A stretch of 64,000 nucleotides of DNA from Bdellovibrionota bacterium. GTDB lineage: Bacteria; Bdellovibrionota; Bdellovibrionia; Bdellovibrionales; Bdellovibrionaceae. The notes beneath the pieces were generated by a model. The model saw nothing but the letters and a program-made list of their open reading frames with translations. It did not search any database and was not told the DNA's origin. The position numbers and the translations under genes are program-made. Positions 9,248 through 16,178 of this stretch are shown here, one piece after another. Each line of letters opens with the position of its first letter. The stretch's first letter is position 1. The stretch lies in NCBI GenBank assembly GCA_038043185.1, contig JBBTCO010000003.1, positions 1,484-65,483 of the forward strand, in the 5' to 3' direction.

Positions 9248-9924
9248 ATTTTCCTTCTAGCAATGAAATGCAAATAGATGTCCTTCTGGAGGTTTATGGG
9301 TTGGCTTTGAGGTTGTAAAAAGCTTGTAAAAACAATTAGAGCTAACAACTGTCTAAAAGTTTGACGAAACCAAAAGTTAATACAGGCAACTTAAACCCAT
9401 AATATTTCCCATTCTCCGGCTGATAGCCCCTTCAGTCTCAGCTTTCGATAAGGAATATTCCCCAAAGCTTCTTGCTCGTTAAGCCTGACATAACTTGCGA
9501 CCGTCCGATACGCCTTCCAGCCACGGATAACCCGAGTGAAGGGTCTGTATCTCCATAGTTTTTTGGATTTTTTTGTGTTTCTTTGGTGTCGACGGGGGAT
9601 CGGTCACCTTTTTCTTTTGATTTAAATCCAGTGCAAAATTTAATAAACCATTTTTTTGAAATTGCTGAGCTATTTGTCCTGTGACGACTCGAAAAAAGCT
9701 TTGGTAATCTGTTCTGCGGCTGGCCCGAATTAAAAAATGGACCAGTAAGCTCGGTTGAATCAAAGCGAATAACTAGGTGGAGAAGAGACGACCCTCGAAT
9801 GGAAGTCTTATTGTCGATGAATTTGAATCTATGAGAATGCATTTATTGTTTTACAGACTACGCCACGCATTATTATCTAAGATTCACAGTGACCTTTAAA
9901 AAAAACCTCTCATATCATAAGGAT

Positions 9925-10902
9925 ATGAAAAAATATTTATTTATAATCACTTTGGGATTTTCATTTTTCAGTTTTGCAATGCAAAAAAAACCAACCAACA
10001 AAACGACTCAAATCCCCACCACTCAGCAGATCCGACAAGAGCGACCGACGAGCCAAATTTATAGCTTTGAAGCTCCAGAACAAGGCGAGTTTCAAACACG
10101 AATGGATCTTGGTTTACTGACTGGCACCTTAAAGTTTTCTACCGAAATTCAAACTCAACGAATCGAAGGAATCGATACTTATTTTTCTGCTTCCTATGGC
10201 CTTACTGATGTTCTTTCTATAGGAGCTCGCGGTTCCTATTTGAATTCATCCAGCGGTGGGACAGTTGCAAATACAAGTAGAGCTAGCGCAAGTAAAGCTG
10301 GCCTGGGGGACCCAGAAATATTTTTAACTACAAGAGTTAATCCTGGTCGCATGCAACTGTATTTAATGATGATCGCCGGGATAATGGCCTCAGATTTTGA
10401 AGTTGATAATCTACGGGGAAGTACAACAAACTCGAGTGGCGCCTATTATGTTGAGCCTAAGTTTTCAACAAGCATAACCATGGGCTCATTTTTATTGGGC
10501 GGCTCTGCCAGCTATCGCTATCATTTCAATCGTCAAGTTTCTATAATTAGCAGCTCTGGAACTGAATCACTTCGTTTAGATCCAGGGAATCGTATTCGTG
10601 CAAGTATCAATTCGGAAGTTCTAACTTCGTACCCTTTTGGTTTCGAAATAGAATACCTTTTGCAGGATCGTTATGAAGCTTTTTCCCTCTCGACTCCCGG
10701 TGGACAAAAACTGACATTTGGAAATACCACAATATTGGGAGCATCAGCTTATATAAGATTTTTAACAGATATGGGTTTTGGCAACTTTGAGCTTGTTCCT
10801 TGGATAAGCTATCAAACAAATGTCGGCAAAAAACGAGGAACTGCTAATGTCGAGGACGACCAGTTGATGACATTTATATTGAAACTTCAGATGATGTTTT
10901 AA
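9925..10902 (+). CDS. outer-membrane beta-barrel protein (hypothetical)
   Basis: The ATG at 9925 is preceded by AAGGA; the listed 9889 start is a GTG extension. Signal peptide MKKYLFIITLGFSFFSFA. Gly/Ser/Thr-rich alternating pattern. C-terminus ...LKLQMMF ends in Phe, as in OMP sorting signals. Confidence 0.65.
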   Translation: MKKYLFIITLGFSFFSFAMQKKPTNKTTQIPTTQQIRQERPTSQIYSFEAPEQGEFQTRMDLGLLTGTLKFSTEIQTQRIEGIDTYFSASYGLTDVLSIGARGSYLNSSSGGTVANTSRASASKAGLGDPEIFLTTRVNPGRMQLYLMMIAGIMASDFEVDNLRGSTTNSSGAYYVEPKFSTSITMGSFLLGGSASYRYHFNRQVSIISSSGTESLRLDPGNRIRASINSEVLTSYPFGFEIEYLLQDRYEAFSLSTPGGQKLTFGNTTILGASAYIRFLTDMGFGNFELVPWISYQTNVGKKRGTANVEDDQLMTFILKLQMMF

Positions 10903-11689
10903 GATTATCCTGTGCCGGTTCTGCTTTTAATTCTTTAAAATTTTGCAAATTGTGATCAAGCAGCTGAGTTGGTTTAATATTGCCCAGCGCTTTAATGATA
11001 GAAGCTCCAATATGCGGAATTTCTTTTTCTAGATCTTTAACTAAATTTTTTATTTTTTTGCGTTTAAGTCCCTCTTGCGAACCACAAAGATTGCAGGGAA
11101 TAATTGGGAAATCCCATTCGCTCGCCAATTCAATAATTTCTTTTTCAGCCACATAACAAAGAGGTCGAATCAAAATATTTCGACCGTCATCCGATTTTAA
11201 TTTCGCCGGCATGCTGGCTAAATTTCCGGTGTAAAAAAGATTAAGCAGGGTGGTTTCAATCAGATCATCACGATGATGTCCCAATACAATTTTGGAAAAA
11301 CTATGATCAAAAGCAAAATCATACAAAATAGCGCGTCGTAAGCGAGAACAAAGTGAGCAGTAGGCAGAGCCATCGGTGATTTTTTCTTTAACGATGGAAT
11401 AAGTGTCTTTTTCAACTACATTAAGTTTTATTCCTAAACTTTCAACCCAGGGTTGAAAGTCCTTCAAAGAAAATCCCGGTTGTTTTTGGTCCAAGATGGC
11501 CGCTTCTAGTGTAAAATTAATTTCTGCCCGTCGTTGGATTTCCTGAAGAAGAACCAGCAAAAGGCTGGAATCTTTTCCTCCGGATACACAGACCATCACT
11601 TTATCGCCTTCTTCAATCATATTGAAGTCCGACAAAGCACGAACAATTTCTTTTCTTATTTTTTTTGCTTTATCTGATTCAAGATTCAT
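10874..11689 (-). CDS. ttcA: tRNA 2-thiocytidine(32) synthetase TtcA-family PP-loop ATPase
   Basis: PP-loop CVSGGKDS plus the cysteine motifs CSLCSRLRR and CNLCGSQ. The 3' end overlaps the convergent OMP gene by 29 nt. Confidence 0.8.
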   Translation of the reverse strand: MNLESDKAKKIRKEIVRALSDFNMIEEGDKVMVCVSGGKDSSLLLVLLQEIQRRAEINFTLEAAILDQKQPGFSLKDFQPWVESLGIKLNVVEKDTYSIVKEKITDGSAYCSLCSRLRRAILYDFAFDHSFSKIVLGHHRDDLIETTLLNLFYTGNLASMPAKLKSDDGRNILIRPLCYVAEKEIIELASEWDFPIIPCNLCGSQEGLKRKKIKNLVKDLEKEIPHIGASIIKALGNIKPTQLLDHNLQNFKELKAEPAQDNLKTSSEVSI

Positions 11690-11696
11690 AGATTAT

Positions 11697-12734
11697 TTAG
11701 GCCTCGGTTTTGGAATACTCGACATAGGGACGTGCGAGCGATATAGCACTTTTTTGTAAATCTTCAATCCCTTTTCGCAAAACCTTATCACCAATCACGT
11801 ATTGTAATCCATAAGAATCGATAAAATAAACAAGCTTAAAGCTGATGGCATTATCATTAGTTTCACTGACATAAGCCAGGGGAGCGGGAATACCGCGGAC
11901 TTCGGGTATATCTGAAATCGAGCGTTCTAAAATTTCTTTAACTTGATCAAAAGGCGAATTCAATTTCACGCGAAAGACTTGGCTGCGAATAATCGGTTGA
12001 TCCGGAGGCGAAAAATTTGAAATTTGCGCCGTCGCAATCGCGCGATTAGGCATAGTGATTAATTCATCGGAATGCCCCATTAAGGTTGTCGAACGCCAAG
12101 AAATTTCTTTCACTTGTCCGACGGTTTTTTGCATACCTTGGGTTATTTCTAACCAATCGCCAATTTCAAATGACTTATCAATTTGTAAACTGACCCCCGC
12201 AAATAAATTTCCCAAGGTGTCCTGAAGTGCCAAGCCAAGAACGATTGAAAATGCGGCCGAAGTCGCCAACAGCGGGCCCAATTGAATTCCAAAAATACGA
12301 GAGCCACTCCAAAATAACAAAATGGTCGATAACAGGAGCGAAAAAATATTCACGATCAACAAGGGCACTCCGGCGCGCATCGAACTCATGAACATGTACA
12401 ATAAAACCAATAGACGACAAGATTTTACGAATACAAAAAGTCCCCAAAAGAAGCTGACCATAGCAATATAGGGTTTGATGCGAATAAATCCGCTCCACTG
12501 ATCTTGGGATTCGTTCAGGATTATATAGATGAAAAATAATAATGAGAGCGCCAAGAAATTACGGAAAAGCCCACGAAAGTGAGTTTGAATAATGCGATGT
12601 CTTTCTTCGCTCACTTCTTGCAAAAATAATTTATAAAATAACCAAGTCACAAGGATCAATGAAAAAATAAGAATGAAAGGCTCGAAGTCTAAAAGACTGT
12701 AGAGCATTTGTGTTTGTATGATTTTTTCTTCCAT
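11697..12734 (-). CDS. mechanosensitive ion channel (MscS) family protein
   Basis: Several N-terminal TM helices, then LGNLFAGVSLQIDKSFEIGDWLEI, which is the MscS pore-helix/beta-domain junction motif. Confidence 0.8.
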   Translation of the reverse strand: MEEKIIQTQMLYSLLDFEPFILIFSLILVTWLFYKLFLQEVSEERHRIIQTHFRGLFRNFLALSLLFFIYIILNESQDQWSGFIRIKPYIAMVSFFWGLFVFVKSCRLLVLLYMFMSSMRAGVPLLIVNIFSLLLSTILLFWSGSRIFGIQLGPLLATSAAFSIVLGLALQDTLGNLFAGVSLQIDKSFEIGDWLEITQGMQKTVGQVKEISWRSTTLMGHSDELITMPNRAIATAQISNFSPPDQPIIRSQVFRVKLNSPFDQVKEILERSISDIPEVRGIPAPLAYVSETNDNAISFKLVYFIDSYGLQYVIGDKVLRKGIEDLQKSAISLARPYVEYSKTEA

Positions 12735-12763
12735 TTCATTATTGAAGCAGGAACAGGACTTTA

Positions 12764-12824
12764 GGTCTAGATTTGTGTGTTTTGGCTTAGAGCAAGGTCT
12801 AGATCTTAATCCTTTGGTCTAGCT
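12764..12824. promoter_or_regulatory. three GGTCTAG(A/C)T repeats in a divergent promoter region (candidate operator)
   Basis: GGTCTAGAT at 12764 and 12796, and GGTCTAGCT at 12816. The last two are enclosed by the inverted repeat TTTGTGTG (12772-12779) / CACACAAA (12841-12848). Confidence 0.3.
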
Positions 12825-12918
12825 TCAGAAAGGAATTTTGCACACAAAGTACGGATCTTATTTGAGTATTTTAAAAAAGGACCGATTGAGATACTGAAGA
12901 AATAGGTGAGGTGTTTTT

Positions 12919-15006
12919 ATGAAAGCAAAAAGATTTTTAACTGATATTAAATTCTTTCGCTTTGGTTTTTTCTTGTCATTGATTTCTATGCTTGTGATTG
13001 TCACCGGCCCACTGGCTTTGGCAGAACAGACAAAAAATCAGCAAAAAGAAGCCATCAACATGTTTATGAAAGAATCCGGTCTTGCCAACAACAAAAACCT
13101 GACGATGGGTGAAGTGTGGAAAAATATCCGCAAAAATTTCCCCGCAGAAATGCAAGCCAAATTGGATCTGCCATTTGCAATATATAAAGATGAAAAGTTT
13201 CCTCAAATTGATTTTTCAGAATTGAAAGACTCAAAAGGAAATGACGTTCTAGCAATGAACGTTTCGGATGGCGGCGATACGGCGCGAGTCGAAATTCTAG
13301 GCAAAGATGATGTCTTCATGAAATTCAACGGAAAACCCATTTCTGCCAATGAGCTTCGTGATTTAAACGCCTTTGCAAATAAAATTAAAGATGAAAAAAT
13401 TGTAAAAAAAGATGAAGAAAAATATAAAAGAGCTCTTCTTAGTCAGCCCACGGTTCCGACCTACGAACAATGGAAAATCATGAGCCCGTACGAGCGAGCG
13501 CATTTTATGGTCCTCTTTCGTTTGATGGTTCGTGAAACTCAAGAGGTCTTGGCTTTACATGAAGCCACGAAGCCCGCTTCTAAATCTTCTCAGCTTGAAA
13601 AAGAAATTGAAGTTTATTTGAAATTATTGACTGGCGAAAATGCATTTGCAGCTGAGGATTACACTGATAATGTAAAAAATTTAGAAAGAAGTAAAAAGAG
13701 CCAAGAGGCATACGAGAAAAGGAAACAACAATCTGCTCAGCCGCAAGTCAGTGCCCAATCTAATGTTCCTCAAGACAAACCTGTTTCAAAGAAAAAGCCA
13801 GGACGCTCGGCTGAAAGCAATACTACCAACAAACGTAGCACTTACACTGCACCAACACGTAAAATTGCAGAAGGAGAGTATTGCATTATCGGTGGTTATC
13901 CTAATGGCAGAGTGACATCAAAAGGCATTTGTACTTTAGGCTCGAACCCCAAACCTCAATTTACTAACAACTGTCCGTCTAAAGGAAAGCCTCAAATCTC
14001 GTGTAATCCTGTTCTCTATGGTTATAATCGAAATGCAGGTGGTGGACCACTTTGTTTTCCATATGATGTAAACAATCCCGAGACCACTGTGGCTACAAGC
14101 AAATTTTGCGAAAATAACTCCCTACTTCGTTCCGGTGTTGCTCAAGATTCTTATGATATGATTCAGTCTATTCTGAAAGAAAAAGGTGTACAGGAAAATG
14201 AATTAAACCTTTTTAAAATCTCCAAGGATAGTGGAAAAGAAATTGTTACAGTTGAAAAAGCGGCTTACAACAAATACATGTTAGGGCCCGATGGTATTCT
14301 CGAAAGATTCGAGGCAGAAAAAAATCAAGCCATGGCTGTTTGTAGGAAAATAGAAGCCAATCCAAGTCATTATGAAAGAAAAGAGACCCGCCAACAAACT
14401 AAAGCCTGCGATACTTTAACAAAACGCGTGGTTAGTGTTGCGGAAGCAATGGCTTCGGTCCAAGAAGTTACTGCAGGACCCGCCACAGGTGTAATTGCCC
14501 AAGATCCTTGCCCTCCAACAGCCGCCGTTTCTACCCCTGTTGTGACAAGCCCCGGTGATAACACTGGGGGGGTAAGTCTAAATACTACTCCTATAGCGAC
14601 CGGCCCTGTATCTGGACCACCCGTTAGACATACAGCACCGCCGAGTCCTAATACGGCCTGCATAGGTGCAGGAGCAGGTGGCGCAGCAGCGAGTAACACC
14701 TGCTCCGACGGTAAGCCATGTGATGGAGAAGCAGTTACCAAAAGTGAAACAACAGAAAAAGACGACAAAAAAGGCTTCACATTACCTATGTGGGCAAAAA
14801 CGAGCCTTGTCATTGGGGCTATTGCTGGATTCGCATTTCTTACTTGGTGGGGATTAAAGAAATTATTCAAAAGAAAGAATCCGGTGTACACGGCCCCCGC
14901 AACTAGCGTCGGCGGCGGAGTCGCAACGCCAATAACAACTCCAGTTATTACTCCCATTGAGGGGGGAACAGGGACTTCTTCGGCAACAGGCGGTGGCGTT
15001 AGATAA
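12919..15006 (+). CDS. large membrane-anchored protein of unknown function, with a Cys-rich module and a Pro/Thr/Gly-rich linker
   Basis: 695-aa ORF. Hydrophobic N-terminal segment FGFFLSLISMLVIVTGPLALA. Cys-rich central block (CIIGGYPNG...CTLGSNPKP...CPSKGKPQISCNP...CFPYD...FCENN). GC-rich low-complexity PT/G region. C-terminal TM segment SLVIGAIAGFAFLTWWGL. Confidence 0.6.
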   Translation: MKAKRFLTDIKFFRFGFFLSLISMLVIVTGPLALAEQTKNQQKEAINMFMKESGLANNKNLTMGEVWKNIRKNFPAEMQAKLDLPFAIYKDEKFPQIDFSELKDSKGNDVLAMNVSDGGDTARVEILGKDDVFMKFNGKPISANELRDLNAFANKIKDEKIVKKDEEKYKRALLSQPTVPTYEQWKIMSPYERAHFMVLFRLMVRETQEVLALHEATKPASKSSQLEKEIEVYLKLLTGENAFAAEDYTDNVKNLERSKKSQEAYEKRKQQSAQPQVSAQSNVPQDKPVSKKKPGRSAESNTTNKRSTYTAPTRKIAEGEYCIIGGYPNGRVTSKGICTLGSNPKPQFTNNCPSKGKPQISCNPVLYGYNRNAGGGPLCFPYDVNNPETTVATSKFCENNSLLRSGVAQDSYDMIQSILKEKGVQENELNLFKISKDSGKEIVTVEKAAYNKYMLGPDGILERFEAEKNQAMAVCRKIEANPSHYERKETRQQTKACDTLTKRVVSVAEAMASVQEVTAGPATGVIAQDPCPPTAAVSTPVVTSPGDNTGGVSLNTTPIATGPVSGPPVRHTAPPSPNTACIGAGAGGAAASNTCSDGKPCDGEAVTKSETTEKDDKKGFTLPMWAKTSLVIGAIAGFAFLTWWGLKKLFKRKNPVYTAPATSVGGGVATPITTPVITPIEGGTGTSSATGGGVR

Positions 15007-15007
15007 T

Positions 15008-16159
15008 CTACTGCGAGGACAGCTGCCAAAAGCTGAGGATCTCGAAATGTTTTGTCTGAGGAAATTGATCAAATAAGGCTATTCTCTGCAAGGAATAGCC
15101 TTTTTCTTTTAAAATACGAACATCTTTTTGCCAAGACTCTAAAAAACACGACATCAGAAAAATATCTTTCGGCCTGTTTAAAGAATAACTCAGTGGCTTT
15201 AAAAATTCGCCAAGACCCGAACGGGGAGGGTTTAAAATTAAAAAATCACAATCGCTAAAATCATAATTTGCAATCCGCTGAAAATCTTTAATGGCGATTT
15301 CTGTTTTTTCTTCCTGGCCGGTTCTTTTGAAATTTTCCTTAAGAGCAATTCCCCCTTGCTCATCAAAATCGACCGCGCAAAAGTGCACGGACTGATTTAA
15401 AAAGATTAAACTTAAATTCCCGACACCGGCACCGAATTCAAGGGTCTTGCGAAATGTTTTATTTGCATAATGTTGTTCCAGAATTTCGCCCAAGATTAAA
15501 TTGGCTTTACGACTGGGTTGAGTGAAGGATGAAACATAAGACAGCAGTGGGAAATTTTTTCCTTGAAAGCGAGTTTCAAACCATTCCTTCATTTCGGGGT
15601 CAACCAGTTTGAGTTTTCCGTCTCGATTAACCAAGACTTTTGATTTCTGACCAATCTCCACAAAGGCCATCTTCATTAAACTTCGCAAATGTGTTTGTTC
15701 CTCTAACAAATTCTTGATGTCTTGATTAGCGAAGTCTAGCCACACACCACGCTGACCATCGACCCCAAGCCTTAGGCGAAAAGATCCCTTTTTTATCGGC
15801 CAGGAAATTTTTCGAAAATTCAAATAAAACCGCAAAAGTTCAGGGGAAAGTTGTCCACATGTGTCTAAATCCTGGATTCTTCCTTGGTGCGAATCATAAA
15901 GGCCAAAGCGACCTTCTTCATAGACAAAATCCAAACGGTCTCGAAGTGCAAAATCCCCGGGAGAAATAAATTCAACCTGAGGGGAGCTTAAACCAAGTTT
16001 CGCCAGGGTTTCGGTCATTTTTTTTATTTTAAAATCTTTTTGCTGCCCTAAATTTTGCCCTAAAAACTGACATCCTTGGCAGTGTGTTTTATGAGGGCAA
16101 TCTCTTTGGCTTTCTAAATTCAAAATTCCCCCATCTACAAGATTGACCAGCCTTAACAA
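15008..16159 (-). CDS. RumA/RumB (RlmD/RlmC) family 23S rRNA (uracil-5-)-methyltransferase, no TRAM domain
   Basis: N-terminal C-x5-C-x2-C (CPHKTHCQGC) plus a distal Cys (DTCGQL), as in the RumA Fe-S site. SAM-binding motifs FTQPS, EFGAGVGNLSL and ILNPPRSGL. Probable TTG start. Confidence 0.7.
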   Translation of the reverse strand: MLRLVNLVDGGILNLESQRDCPHKTHCQGCQFLGQNLGQQKDFKIKKMTETLAKLGLSSPQVEFISPGDFALRDRLDFVYEEGRFGLYDSHQGRIQDLDTCGQLSPELLRFYLNFRKISWPIKKGSFRLRLGVDGQRGVWLDFANQDIKNLLEEQTHLRSLMKMAFVEIGQKSKVLVNRDGKLKLVDPEMKEWFETRFQGKNFPLLSYVSSFTQPSRKANLILGEILEQHYANKTFRKTLEFGAGVGNLSLIFLNQSVHFCAVDFDEQGGIALKENFKRTGQEEKTEIAIKDFQRIANYDFSDCDFLILNPPRSGLGEFLKPLSYSLNRPKDIFLMSCFLESWQKDVRILKEKGYSLQRIALFDQFPQTKHFEILSFWQLSSQ

Positions 16160-16178
16160 CTATCCTAGCCTGTTACCC

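Noticed and set aside
9438-9842. Possible tmRNA or RNase P RNA in the long gene-free stretch, suggested by GTCGACGGGGGAT and TTCGAGGG...CTCCACC-like strings
   Set aside because: There is no GGGG...GGAUUCGAC 5' end paired with a ...CCACCA 3' end in a compatible position or orientation. The acceptor-like end would force the RNA to run into the OMP coding region. There is no GAGGAAAGUCCGG or ACAGAANCCGGCUUA RNase P core on either strand.
5986-9924. Calling the tRNA-Val-adjacent segment a genomic island or integrative element
   Set aside because: There is no integrase or recombinase. I could not find a direct repeat of the tRNA 3' end at the distal side (GATCGGTCACC at about 9597 is only a weak resemblance). 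It is kept as a hypothesis in the findings and is not annotated as a mobile element.
14370-15029. 219-aa minus-strand ORF
   Set aside because: It is antisense to the GC-rich low-complexity tail of 12919..15006. It is a typical shadow ORF created by GC-rich repetitive codons.
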